From Chara braunii (taxonomy: Eukaryota; Plantae; Charophyceae), in assembly GCA_003427395.1 (NCBI GenBank), contig BFEA01000010.1, positions 4,763,487 to 4,817,511 of the forward strand: DNA of 54,025 bases, given 5' to 3'. Below are positions 1 through 12,987 of the stretch, piece after piece. The stretch's first letter is position 1. Each line of letters starts with the position of its first letter. Made by a program: the position numbers and the translations under genes. Under the pieces are notes generated by a model. It was not told where the DNA came from. It searched no databases and worked only from the letters and a program-made list of their open reading frames with translations.

Positions 1-364
1 TCAAGGTTTGAAGCAATCTATGAAGGGGAAACATCACGGAATTATCCCAAGGTGAATCGCAAGTTACCCAAGCCCCCAAATCAGTGAAAACTCAANGTTT
101 GAAGCAATCTATAAAGGGGAAACATCACGGAACTATCCCAAGGCGAATCGCAAGTTACCCAAGCCCCCAGATCAGTGAAAACTCAAGGTTTGAAGCAATC
201 TATGAAGGGGAAACATCATGGAACTATCCCAAGGTGAATCGCAAGTTACCCAAGCTCCCAAATCAGTGAAAACTCAAGGTTTGAAGCAATCTATGAAGGG
301 AAAACATCACGGAACTACGCCAAGGTGAGTCGCAACTCACCCAAGCACCCAAATCAGTGAAAAT
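1..364. repeat. 91-bp tandem repeat, about 4 copies, running off the left edge
   Basis: The unit TCAAGGTTTGAAGCAATCTAT...AATCAGTGAAAAC restarts at 1, 92, 183 and 274. Confidence 0.95.
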
Positions 365-369
365 CGCAG

Positions 370-2800
370 TTTTGACAAGAGGGGGAGGGGAAGGAAAGGG
401 AGAGGGAGAAAAAGAAGAAAGGGAGAAGAAGAGGAAGAAGAAGAAGGAGAAGAAGAAGGGGAAGAAAAGGAAGAAAGGAGAAGGAGAGAAGAAGGAGAAG
501 AGGAGGAAGAAGAAGAAGAAGGAGAAGAAGAAGACGAAGAAGAAGAAGAAGAAGAAGAAGAAGAAGAAGAGGAGGAAGAAGGAGGAGGCCTCCTTCCTCC
601 TTCTCTCACCTCTTGCTGATCTCTAGGCAGTGGAGTCCCAATGCTTGGTCCTAGCCTCTTGAGTATGACTTTCCTCTCTCCCAAGCTCTCTCCTCCTTCC
701 CTCACACCTTTCCTTTGGCTATGGCAGGTTCCTACTTCTAGGGCTGTGGAGTCCTTCCCTCTAGAAGGGCTATGGGGACCCCTTTCAGCCTCTCCTCCTG
801 CTCCACAACCTGAGGGCTATGGCGGACCACTCTCCTTGCTTCGTCCTAGCCTCTAGGTCACCTTTCTCAGCCTTACCACCATAGCCAGGTTACAGGCTAG
901 CTCCGGCTCCCACTTCCTTGCTCTATCTCACTAGTACTCACTCACGGACTCATTTGGGCAGCATGGGCACCTCTCATGCTCAAATGAGAGTTGCGGCCTA
1001 CACCTCCAGCTTATATAGGCTGGAACAGGTGCACCGCCCAACCTCTAGGTCCCTCCAAGTGCCTCTAGGTGGAGCGAGGTACCCCAAGGGCCAAATTTCC
1101 AGTTTTGGCCTACCTGGAGGTACCTGGGCCTCATTTTGGCCAGGTACATGCAGTCCGAGAGGCTGGTACCCTCTCAGACTACCCCTTGGCCTACCCCGGC
1201 CTCTTTTCTTTTCAAAAAGTGCTGCCTTTTGGGTACCAATACCCCAAAATGCAGCCTTTACCAAAATTTGAGGCCCTAGAGGCCCATTTTTCGTTTTTTT
1301 GTAGTCTAGGCCTCTTGTGAGCAGGCCGTTGCATTTTCCCAAGTGGCGGCACAGATCTCAGCCTTGGATTTGGCTGAGATCTATGGTTCTCATCAATCCG
1401 AGTTACTCCAAGCACCCCTTGCTCCAAATTTGAGTCCTTTGCCCCAATTTTTATTTTTTTTTATGTACCTGGCCCAAACCTTGGGCCAAATTCGCAGTTT
1501 TGTCTTGTTCCTCTCTTTGTTTTCCCTCCAATTTGCTGCCAACTCATTCCGGAGCTATCCGTTTTGTGTCAGCCCACAAAAAACGGCTAGATCTCCTCCT
1601 CCGCAAGATCAGATCTCAGATCTAAGGCCCAAAAATGAGCCGGCCAACTCACATCAGCATTTTTCTTTATTTTTGTTGCTTAAATTCAGATATTGCAGAG
1701 ATAATGCCCCAAGGACCTTATCTCTGCAATCCGGACTGCACTCCTAGGATCTGAGAGGGATGAGGTCATCATTGGGACCTGCCCATCCCTACTGCTGCAG
1801 TCCCAACCTTGCGGCACATTTTCCTCCACTCCTTCCTCCTCCTTTGTCTCATTCTCCCCCTTTTTCTCCCATTTTCTCTCCCTCCTTCTTTTATTGTTGT
1901 AGGGACAAGTGTCCAACAACTATTTCTCCTCTTTCTGGCTGTCGGACTTCACCCAAGGTCCGTTTTTGTAGCCGGTACCTGGCCGTTGCACCTCGGACTG
2001 CAGTAGCGGCATCCCCAAGGCCAAAGGGGGCTCCTTTTTGCTGCCGCCGCTTCCCGTTTGGGACCCCCTTGCTCCGATTTTCTCCGGCCAACCCTTTTTC
2101 CACATGGAACCCTCGGAACTTCGTTTTTCTCGGCCTGGCTGATCCGGGATACTCGGACTGCTGGCCGGCCCCCTCATTACTACTATCCCCTCCTCTTTTT
2201 TCCCTCGGCACCCCCTGCCGGCGCTTGTCGCGGCGGTACTCATCATTTTCATCCGGACCTCAGGCCCGGATGGTCCCGTCCTCCTGACGTTATGTTATTT
2301 TATTTTTATCGTTGTCGTTGCATTGGATCCAGGATCCCCCTGGGTCGCCCCAGGTGCCCTCCATCTTTCCCGTCACATGTCCATCGCCCCCCCCCCCATT
2401 CCGTTGACAATTTTCTGTCAGCGCCCGACTTCTCCTCCTTTTCTTACCGCTCCTAGTCACCCCGGGTGACGACCCGCTCGCGCGCGTCCCTCTGTCGGGC
2501 TACCCCGTCGGTGGTTCCGACCTTCGGCCCCCGTCCGCAGCTCCTGACGCTTTATCGTATTGATACCCGCCCTACTAGTGGTCCCGCCGGTGCCGCCATC
2601 TTGTCTAGGCCCACGTGGTCCCCGACACTTTGGTCCGCATACGCCTCGTCTATCTCTAGGTCTTACGTGGTTCCTGGTACTTTGTCCTGCCGATACCATG
2701 CCGTCCCTCGTCCCGCGTGGTCCCCTGCACCTAGTCCTGCTGGTACCATGCCGTCCCTCGGTCCCTCGTGATCCCCGACACTTTGCCCCACCTGTACCAC
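370..2800 (-). mobile_element. Long non-coding interspersed repeat (probable retroelement 3' or LTR-like region), inverted relative to 8000-11750
   Basis: Reverse-complement matches: 742-830 to ~11210-11300, 950-1030 to ~11005-11095, 2060-2175 to ~9860-9975, and the GGTCCCCGACACTTT motif at 2617 to 8047-8085. Confidence 0.75.
378..590. repeat. Purine-rich (GAA/GGA)n microsatellite
   Basis: Directly visible. It explains the spurious poly-K and poly-S ORFs. Confidence 0.95.
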
Positions 2801-3329
2801 GTCTTCCCTTGATACTCCCGAAGTCCTTCCGCCTTCAGCGATCTTTGCTCCCTGCTCCTATTGCGTCCCGCAATCTATTCTATTTCCGGGTGCCGGCTCC
2901 CTTCTACCCTGCGGTCCCCTTGGCCCTCCTGCCGCCACGTCGCGCCAGTGCCTTGCGCCCTATCCCTTCCCACTTCCTTCCTTTCCCTTGCTGCACACCT
3001 CCTATGTTGCTACCGACTTCCCGGCGGCCCTTCTCCGTCCTTAGGGAAGGAGTCGCCCCTGCTATTCTCTCACAGTTCTTTTGCCGCTTTCTGCTTAGCC
3101 AACCCATTTCTAGTCTGGCGGCCCCGACGACTCTGGGCAGCCTCTGGCTTCCTGCTGTCCGTGCCCATGCTTCCGCTTTTTGCAGCATTCCTGCCTCCGG
3201 TTTTCTCTGTCGTGCACAAATTGGTCATATACAGTCTCTTGAGTGACGGAAAGTCATTCGGGACTCACCAGTCCCGACACCGTACGACGTCTTGAACTTG
3301 GATTTGTAGCGATCTTGCGACGTATCGAG

Positions 3330-3521
3330 ATCATCGAGTTGCGTGTGGAGAACCGCGAGCTCTTCCTCGCTCATGCGATAGATGCATCCTTTCAGCGACA
3401 CGACACTGGCCTCAAGCATGGTCTCATGGGAGATCGGTCGATTTGGCACCATACCGGTAGGAGACTTGAAGATGTCGGCGAACTCGTCGAGTGATCGCAC
3501 CACTCGGGGGTCCAAAGACAA
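3330..3521 (-). pseudogene. Ty3/Gypsy pol fragment: start of reverse transcriptase, truncated
   Basis: EFADIFKSPTG...PISHE...IYRMSEEELAVLHTQLDDL is the typical pre-RT segment. The expected continuation (xxGWIRPS...SPxxAP) is missing. Confidence 0.85.
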
Positions 3522-3529
3522 GTCTGTAG

Positions 3530-4010
3530 GTACATAGGCCTATGTCGTTGGTCTGTAGGTAAGCGCAAGTGGCCCGAAAAGACTTGGCCGTTACAACTTG
3601 GCACCAGATCGAAGAGTGCGGAAGAGGAATGGTACACGGTTCCTCGGCACCGAAGCCGTCGCGAGCGGTAAGTGTTCGCCGATGGAAGTTGACAGTGTGA
3701 TCCGCACTTGCAAGCCAAGACGTCCCCAAAATGATGTCGAAGTCCGTGTCCAAGATGTCAAACGTCACCGGTTCGCATACATGAGGTATGAAATAAACCT
3801 GCACGGCTTCGATATAGCGAAGGAGTTGTTGCGTCCGACTGTCTGCCAACTTGATCACCGTCGGGCTTGGCTTCCTTCGAACTTGTGTGCCAAGGCCGGC
3901 CATTTGGATAAAGGACCGGGTGATGAAATTGTGAGTCGCGCTGCTATCCAGCAAAGCGTTGTAGGACACTTGCCCAACTTCGATGTGGACATAAAGGAGC
4001 GATGCGTTAT
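3530..4010 (-). pseudogene. Retropepsin (aspartic protease), decayed
   Basis: ALLDSSATHNFI (D-S/T-G-A-T like, G->S), followed by FDILDTDFDIILGTSWL, in ORF 3424..4107. Confidence 0.88.
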
Positions 4011-4850
4011 ACCACTCTGTGTGAAACTCGCAGGCCACCTTGACAAACATACACAAGGATGTCCCCCACCACAGCTTCATCATCCGTCGGCGAAGATGGT
4101 GGTGCATAGAAGGCTAAGTATGTGTGGAGATGGGCGCATGATGTTGCGCATTGCGGTCCCGGCAAGCAGCCTATGGAAGGGAGAGGAAGCCATGCAAAAT
4201 CCTCGGATGTCAACGGGTCCAAGACCTCTATGTTGAACTCGTGCGTTGAATCCCTTGAAGAACCACTTGAAGACGATAAATTGTCGGTGCTTCTGGACGG
4301 AGAACAAACCACACACACATCTTGTCCTTGAGATTGAGAACCCAACGAAGGAATGAGCCCGACAACGTAGTCCTCAAAAGAATATAATAGAGGATTGTCG
4401 ACTTTCACATGTGCCTCGGAATGAAGAGAGGTCGCTTGCGAAGCAACCAGTTTCGAAGGCGTCGAGAGTGCAGCCGCATCACTCTCGACGGTGCTCACTT
4501 TCCCAAAGGGAATTTGCCATTGACTGGCGTGTGGCACTTGGTGGTGTCGTGCACTGCGTTGTTGCACCACAAACAGTATCGGTACTCGGTACGGATGCGG
4601 TAGACGCCTTCCCAGATACCGTAATGCATCTAAGGCTCTTGAGCTGCTGGCCTGCCAGGCCCGGTTCCGGGGGCTGAATTGGTGTATGTCTTCGATTTGT
4701 CACGCCCTCGACCTTTGGCGGGGCGACCACCATCCCCGACGGCTGCCAATCGTCTCCTTCATCAGAAGAGCCGGCCTCTTTTGAAGGGTCGGTCGGCGTT
4801 GTCGCCACGACCATGACCACGACCATTTTTGGTCGATGCTGATCTCTGAC

Positions 4851-6030
4851 CTAGCTCGCAGGAGATAAACGGGCCAAGTTCTTGGCTTCGGTGTTCGTCA
4901 CAATGATCTGTGAGGCTTCATCAAACAGCTGCTCACTTGTGGTGAGCGTCTCCGCAACTTGCATCAAGGCGTTTTGCAACGCCAGACAACACCTCGTGAT
5001 GAAAAAGTGCTTGATGCCTATAAAGTTCATCAGCAAGTTGGGCGTGGACGCCACGCGTTGGTAGTCGGTTATCCAATCCGCGTTTGGCAGGTTGTTCTGA
5101 TAGAGCCTTTGAAGTTTCTCGGCTGCCTGAAGCTCGGGTGGGTCCACTTGGAAGCGCTTGTGCCATGCTGCCTTGAGATCAGCCCAACTGATCTATATAT
5201 GCAGCTCGGAGACTGCGATGTTGTGCGTGGATAACATATTGTCCAGCCATGCTTGGCATGCGCCCTCAGATCGGGAGTATAAGTACGTGTGTCAATTGGC
5301 TCCGCGAACCTTGTGGATGTCCAGCTTTAGTTCAAACTGGCACCACCAAGGTATCGGTTCCGTCGTCGTGGAGTCGCAAAAGATCCGTAGCACGCCATTA
5401 GACTTCGGGATGCTCTCGTGCGATGTCGCGGTAGGACCGGCTGAGGTGGCGCAAATCTGCTGGTCAATCCACTGATTTGTCGCGAGAGTGCCTTCCTTGA
5501 GATTCCCGATGTCAACTTCCAAGACGTTGACACGATCTGCCAAGTTGGAGGGTCTGACGATGGTGGCTGTTGTAGGCTGCTGTTCCAGCCAGCGTACCCG
5601 GTCAAGCAGGTTGGCGATGAGCTAAGCCTGCTTCTTGACCAGGGTATCCACGCAGAGGATGTCCTCTTGTTGTGCTGTGCATGTGGTTACCAAGTCGGTC
5701 ACATGATCAAATGTTGTTGCCATACCTCGCACAGCAGCAGGGGCGTCCTCCTCGTCGGCAGCCTCCGCCCATTCGCCGGCTATCACCTCGAGGTCCCCCT
5801 CCCTTTCAAAAAGCCGGTCTTGGCATTGTCGACGGTGTTCGTCTGCAGCCTTCCTTGCTGCGTCGGCATCCTCCTGTCGCTGCTGCTCAGCGAGGCGACG
5901 CTGCTCCTTAACCTCCTCGTCCCTCTTCTTTCGCGCGGTTGTGGCCGTTGCTGCCCGTTGCTTGTATTCCTCCATCATGGTCAGCATGTGGGCCTCGCAT
6001 GCCTTGGGTGTATTGCCTTGCTACTACTCC
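4851..6030 (-). pseudogene. Ty3/Gypsy gag, decayed (coiled-coil N-terminus plus capsid-like region)
   Basis: Fragments 5622..5987, 5292..5543 and 4851..5147 are collinear with the protease and RT. They read ...EPIPWWCQFELKL...ACQAWLD...ISWADLKAAWHKRFQVDPPE..., interrupted by stops. Confidence 0.8.
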
Positions 6031-7057
6031 ATGCCGCTTGTGTGTGAGCGGGTGAGCACTGGAATACACTGTCGGAGACTGACGTGACCTGCTGATATGG
6101 CGACTTACCAATACCGCAGGCAAGGACAGGTGGGAGGAAGAGAAGTAGAGAAGGTGTGACAACAGGGATCGGGTGGGTGGGAACACTGATCACCCAGATA
6201 AAAAGTCGCTAATCAAATTGAAAAGTTCGAACTTTGTTGAATAGTAATTTTGAAAAAATAAATAAAATTGAAATTGCAAGTTCGGCAGGCTCCCTGCCCC
6301 CAGCAACAGAAATCCGAAAAAAAAAAATGAAATTTTGAATTTCAGACTGCAAACGAAATAAAGAATAATGTGGAACTGTAAAAATAAAAAATTGCAAGTG
6401 TCGTTAATTCCAAATTAAAAAAAAATATAATCCGGATTAATTCCATATGAGAGTATGCGCAGTAATTTGGGGAATAAAATCCCGAAACTTAACGCGAGGA
6501 GAGATTTGTCGAAAAAGAAAATTCCGGAATCTTGAAATAATGGAAATGTTTTTTCGAAAAAATAAGGAATTCGAGTTTCCCACTATGCGCAAATAAAAAA
6601 CGAATGACAACAAACAAAAATTTTGTATTAGAGGAGGCGCGCGTTAGCGCTGCGAAAACGGGTCGCTGCTCAGTGGCGGTGTTCGGGCGTTGGGGGCTCG
6701 CTAACGGGGCTGACGAAATCTGTTTGCTTCAACTGCCAACCCGAGCAGATCTGCCCAAGGTGAGCATACGTGGTCAGGGCACCGGTGCAGAAGCGCGCGT
6801 GCCATTAGGCGCGAAAAAGAATCGCGGGCATTGGTGGCATAGCTTGTGGCGCTCCCAGTGTGCGGCCTCCTGTCCACGTGGATCTGCCCTCCACGTGGCA
6901 ACGTCCTTCCTCCACGAGGAATCACCCTCCACGTGGTTAGGGAAAGGAAGGGGGGTGGAAGAAAGATAGTTCGCTTAGTTGATTGTTGGATGCTAAGCAT
7001 CGCCGCGACAGGCTCGTGGGGGTGAAGGCATTCCCGCTCGAGGGCGAGATCCGAATA

Positions 7058-7217
7058 CTAGCGTTGGTAAAATGATAGGAGGGGCGACAAACTACAGGGG
7101 ATCATAACTGGATGACACGCATGGGCTAAACGACAAACTAGCGTTGGCAAAACACTAGGAGGAGCGGCAAACTACGGGCGATTATAACCGGAGGACACGC
7201 ACGGGCGAAACGACAAA
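7058..7217. repeat. 80-bp tandem duplication
   Basis: CTAGCGTTGG...AAACGACAAA at 7058 and 7138. Confidence 0.85.
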
Positions 7218-7999
7218 TGAGATAAGTAATTTGCTCTATCATGTTGTAAAGATTCGGAATCATGAAGTATCTACTACTGGGGTTACTACCAAAAGAGTAG
7301 AGGGCAAAGGGGATTGAATTGGGATCGACAACTAACTAAAATGAAAGACAACAGGTTGCATGGGGCGATGTGGATACGTGAGATTTACGCATAAGAAAGG
7401 GGAAGCAACATATTGATTTGGTAGTTTTGGCGTCGAAACAACTAAAACAAGGAAGGTTAAAGCATAAATGGTTCGCCTCTCTGAAGTGATAACGGCCAAT
7501 ACAGCCACATGGCAAGAGAATAGAGGGGTGTGAAAAGACAAAGGATTAGGCCGCAGGAGGGAGTGATGCCCTGAGGCGAGAGCCACAGGAGGAAATAACC
7601 AGCGGTGAGAAGCGAGTAAGCGCAAGAACGGGGGCACATAGCACACAACGTGAGGGCAGGAGGGCCGTTGGAATTCAACGAAACTAAGACCGAAGGGCCG
7701 TTGAACCGACAAAAACGGCACGGCGGCAACAAAGGAATGAAAAAGTCGAGAGATGGATGGCCCCGGAGGCCGTGGGAAGCTAGAGAATAAGGGGCCAACA
7801 CGGGGGCCGCCTACAAGAGCCTCGGGATAGAGGCCCCGCGACCAAAGGGACCGACGCGCGCAAGGCGCAAGAAAGACAAGGGAGAAGGGTCACCGCGATG
7901 CGGCGTCAAGAAGGCCAAGGGACCATGGGCTAAGTAAAGAGCCACAACCGGAAGGATTGGCATACGGAACGTGAGGAAGACAAAGGAAATGAGGCCACC

Positions 8000-10900
8000 G
8001 TAGGGGGGGGAAAACGTCAAGGGAATCCGGGACCATTAACGGGACAAAGTGTCGGGGACCACCGACGGGACAAAGTGTCGGGGACCACCGGCGGAACAAA
8101 GTGTCGGGAACCACCGTGAGGAAGACAAAGTGTCGGACCACCGGCGGGACCACCAACGGGACAAGTACCGGCAGGACCATCGGCGGGACTAGTACTGGCA
8201 GGACCACTAGCGGGACTAGTGTCGGGACTGGCACGGACAAGCGGCGGGGAGTTGTGGAGGCCAGGAACAATTGTGGTGTGACGGGAGGTGCAAATAAATA
8301 AAGCAAGGGACACCGTCAAAATCAAAGATTTTGACGACCAAGAATATTAGCGCCACTAGCATAAGCACTAGTGGGAGCAAACAGGAAGGCCAAAAGGAAA
8401 AGAAAAAGCGAAGAAACATGTGATGAGAGGCATGGGAGCAATCAGAAAAATCTCGGATTGACCTCCCCCAAGAAAATGGTGTCAAAGGAGACTCCATGAG
8501 AGAAATGGACCTCCGGGAGAAAATCAGAGTATGAGGGTCTACCATTTGGAAGGGATAGAGGCAAACGGAGGCTCTCATGGGTATGGGAAGGCCACAAGTG
8601 CAGTCCGAGAAATAACGGACTGACCCTTTGGGAAGGGCCAAAACTAAGAGGAAGAGCCTAGAAAAGGGCCTTAACGGCTAGTTGACACTTAGCATGCAAA
8701 AGAAAAAAGAAAAAGAAAAAGGAAAAGAAAAAGAAAAAGAAAATGGGAGGTGAGAGGGAATGAGTGAGTTAGCCGTCAGTAGGGACTGCAGCAAGTAGGG
8801 ACTGGCAAGTCCCTACTGTCCACAAGTGGAGGGAAAAAGAAAAGAAAAAAAGAGGAAAGAAAAAAAAAGTCAAAAGGGCACTAACAACCAAAAACGGCCA
8901 CCTAGGGGATGCATTTGTGACCAGATTCATTCTGGCATATGTCGGTTACAAAGTATCTTGATTTTCTCTTGATTTTGCAGAAAAAATCAAGAAAAATCAA
9001 GCCCTCATGCAACCGAGATACAACGGATTGCATGAGGTAGGCCAAACACATGTTTTAGGTGCACCGGGAGCCAAAATGGAAACCGGAGGCACTTGGGAAT
9101 TGACCGTTTTCTTTTCTTCTAGTTTGAGGCTAGTTGTGGGGCAGTGGGACTAGGAAAATGCCCCCTACTGCAGTCCGAGTTGCAACGGAATGCATGGGGA
9201 AGGGAAAATATAAGTTTAAGGTGCATCCGAGGCCAATATTGAGCCCGGATGCACTCAAAAGTTGGACGCTTCATTTTCTTTCAGTTGGGGGCAAGTTATG
9301 GGGTTGTAGGACTAGGAAATTGAGCACCATTGCAGTCCGAGAAATAATGGACTGCCTGGGGATGCCTAGGCCAAGAGAAAATGAGTCGCGGCATGCCCCA
9401 AAGAGCTAGAAAACGTTGTCGTAGGTCTAGGGGACGGTGACGGTAAATGGTGACGACAAGGTGGGGGTCTCACGACCGGAAATAATCAGCATGCTAGATA
9501 CATGGGAAGAATGGTTTGGGACTGTCGGGGACAAGGGGAGTCCCAAATAAAAATGGAACGCCAACCGGAGCGACACCGGGGACTAAACGAGTCCTAATAA
9601 AAAAATTGTCGGAAATTGGGATTTTGTCGACGGTGCCGCCAGCGGGACAGAAAAAATGGGACTAGCACGGGAAAGTGGCGAGGACTTGAGGTGTCCCAAG
9701 GGGAAACCACAAGCCAATAGGGGGAGTGGATGCACGAGGCCAACGACACCGTAAAGATCAAAGATCTTGACGGTGGAAAATATTAGCACCACTAGTGCAA
9801 GCACTAGTGGAGCCCAAGTGGGAGAACTAGCGGTGAAAAGAAAAGAAAAACAAGAGATGGGAGGGCTGCCCAGCAGTCCGGGATATCTCGGACCAGCTAG
9901 GCATGAGAAAATAAAGTTCCAAGGGGCCCCGTGCCGAGAAAAGGCTGTCAAAAGAAAATCGGAGCCAAGGGGGCTCAAAATTGAGATTAACGGCAGCGAA
10001 ATGAGCCCCTTAGGAGCATGGGGCGGACCATTATTGAAGTCCGAGATGTAACGGCCAACAGCCGGCCATGAACCTGGCCATGAATGAGGTTCCAAGGCCT
10101 AGAAAGAGGGTGCACAACTGCTTGGCACTTGTTACAGCAAAAATAAAAGAAAAAGAAAAGAAAAAAAGGGAGAAAATAGAGGAAGAATGAGACAAAACGG
10201 GAGAAAAAGGTGGAGGAAAATGTGTCGGCCTATTGGGACTGCTGCAGTACAGACTGGCAGGTCTCAATGATGACCTCATCCCTCCTAGAATGAGGGAGGG
10301 CAATCTGGATTGCAGAGATATGACCCTTGGGGCCATATCTCCACAATATCTGAATTAAAAAGAAGAAAATAAGAGAAAATGCAGAAGGAAAATGACCGGT
10401 TTTCTTCTGGACCATGAATCTGAGATTTAGATTCATTGAGGAGATAATATGGCCATTTTTGATGAGGTCACCACAAACGGCCAACTCCGGAATGAGTTGG
10501 CAGCCCAAAATGGAAAGAAATAAAAGGTAGAAAAAGACAAAACTGTGCATTTGGCCCAAACAAAGGAGCAGATGCACCAAAAATTGAAAATGTGGGCTTT
10601 GGGGCCCAAAACTGAAGCAAGGACCACCATGGGGTAGCTCGGAATAATGCTGGCCTTGGATCTTAGCCTGATCCAAGGCTGAGAATGCACCGCCACATGG
10701 AAAAATGTCCCGGCCTACCCAAGGGAGGCCAAAATCAGAAAAAGTCGAAAAAAAGGCCTACAAGGCCTTTTTCTTTCAAGTAGGTTATCCCTTGGGCCTT
10801 GGACTCAAGGGGGCAACATTTTTTAAGGGGCATGAAGCTTGAAAGAGGCCCAAGGGGCAGTCCGAGTTGGTACCAACCACTCGGACTGCATGTATCAGGC

Positions 10901-11493
10901 CAAAATGAGGCCCAGGTGCCCTCGGAGATACCTAGTAGTGAAAATTGGCCATAGGGGGTACCTCGGTTCACCATGGGGCACATGGGGAGGCCCATGGGCT
11001 GACCAAAGCACTGTCCCCAACCTATATAAGCTGGGGAATCAGTCCGCCATACTCCGATTTGCATGAGGAGTGCCCATGCTGCCAAGGTGAGCCCATGAGA
11101 GCTCTACACTCACATGAAGTGAAGAGAGGGGAACCCCTGCCAGTTTGTGAGGTCTAGAAGAGATTGTGAGCTAGTGTGTGGAGCTCTAGAGGCTAGTGGT
11201 AGTGGGGAAGGTGATCCGCCATAGCCTCTAGGCTATGAAGAAGAAGGCAAGGCTAGAAGGAGTCCCATCAGCCCTCCTAGAGGGGAGGACTCCATAGCTA
11301 TAGAGATAGGAGCCGGTTGTAGCATGGGAGAAGGAAAGGAAAGGAGAGAAAGGAGGGCTTGAAGGAGAAGGAAGCCATAGCCAAGGGGGTGTTTGAACAA
11401 GAAAGGAGGAGACTTCATCAAGATTGGTGCTTCGTTCCAAGACACCAAGGAGGTGAGTGGAGAGGAGGGGCTTCTCCTCATCCTTCTTCTTCT

Positions 11494-11549
<56 letters not shown>

Positions 11550-11750
11550 NNNNNNNNNNNNNNNNNNNNNNNNNNNNNNNNNNNNNNNNNNNNNNNNNNN
11601 NNNNNNNNNNNNNNNNCTTCTTCTTCTTCTTCTTCTTCTTCTTCTTCTTCCCCCTTTCTTATCTTCCCTTCTTCATCTTCCCCTCCTTCTACTTCTCTCT
11701 CTCTCCTCCTCTCCTCCACTCTCTCCTTTTCTTCCTCTCTCCATAGGAAC
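8000..11750 (+). mobile_element. Second, inverted copy of the long non-coding repeat, with internal duplications and a (CTT)n end
   Basis: Homologous to 370-2800. It contains ~30-bp GGGACCACC/GACAAAGTGTC repeats at 8028-8235 and an internal duplication (8309-8378 vs 9746-9815; 8783 vs 10236). The (CTT)n/polyT tract includes a gap at 11550-11616. Confidence 0.75.
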
Positions 11751-11847
11751 TCTCCTAAGCATAAGGATAGATGGTAGGGAACCTTCCCACTAGTAATGAC
11801 CTCTCAATAGACTCTCCCCTCTCTCCCATGTTTTGCCACCTTCCCCC

Positions 11848-12185
11848 TTGTGATTTCATACATTTGAGTGAATTTTCATCACTCTACTCTCATTATCTCT
11901 CCATTTCTCCACTTGGATGCAAATCGCAACTTTGATTCTTGCTCATTCTAGTGATTAGATGATGTTTTGTGCTTGTTTTGTCCTAGTCTTCACTCCCATG
12001 TGAATCGCCACTTTCTTGTTTGTGATTTCATGCATTTGAGTGAGTTCTACTCACTCTGCTCTCACTTGCTCTTCATTTCTCCACTTGGATGTAAATCGCA
12101 ACTTTGATTCTTGCTCATTCTAGTGATTAGATGAAGTTTCGTGCTTGTTTAGTCTTATTCTTCNCCCCCATGTGAACCGCCACAT
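11848..12185. repeat. 172-bp tandem duplication
   Basis: TGATTTCAT...CATTTGAGTGA at 11851 and 12023; TCTCCACTTGGATG...ATTAGATGA is present twice. Confidence 0.9.
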
Positions 12186-12987
12186 CCCCGCTGTGCTTTA
12201 ATTGGAATACCGCATGCTTTCACCCCCTGTGTTCTATTCGAACACGGTAATTGAGAAGTAGGTAGGATGTTGTTTTTCCACTTTTTAAACTACTATTGCT
12301 GCTGCTGTTTCTGATAGCTGTAGACCCTTAGCTACTGATAAGGTCTGGCCGGACCAGACATCTGCTATTGCAAGGAAAAGCAAGTGGCCAGCCGCCCGAC
12401 GCAGGACCGCCCCGAGAACCGCAAACGGGCGAAAATGACCCGGGAGCACCCGTATGACAAACCTGTCAAACCTGGGGTATGAGGCCTGAAACTTCTCAGA
12501 CCTCATATCCTAGGCATAAACAGATGGCCTGCAGACCCAGCAGACCATCGGAGTCCGTTTTTTTGAAAAATAAAAAAACGGACTTCCCCGAAACTATTCG
12601 CCTTGAGGCCGGACGACGCCCGAAACAGGCAAGTCGACACAAACGACATCAGAATCAAGCCAAACCTTACAGAGGCCTTCCCTGTGGTACAGTGAGAGGG
12701 ACCACCAAGTTTGGAGTGATCCTGAGGTGGGTTGGGACAGGAAACACAGACCTGTGTTTTTCAGCTCTCCGTACTCAACAAAAAAACAGCAAAATGGCAA
12801 AAATGTCGGAATCTGCAAACTGCAAATTCTGAGGATTTTTCTGCAGACTGTGACTGCTGCAAAACTGTGTTTTCTGCATATTGGCTGTAGGATTAGTACT
12901 GTAGGACTGTGTTTTGTGTCCGGGGTTAGGCAATAGGTCGGAAGACAAACCCGGACACTTAGATTTGGGGAAAACGCCGAGCACGAC

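Noticed and set aside
337-705. Poly-S/poly-K ORFs (likewise the ORFs over 11228-11793, 14018-14337, 48187-48669 and 50642-51443)
   Set aside because: They are translations of microsatellites and N gaps.
12552-12584. 13-bp hairpin AGTCCGTTTTTTT/AAAAAAACGGACT as a terminator
   Set aside because: The context is eukaryotic and there is no upstream gene. It is probably part of a MITE-like repeat.
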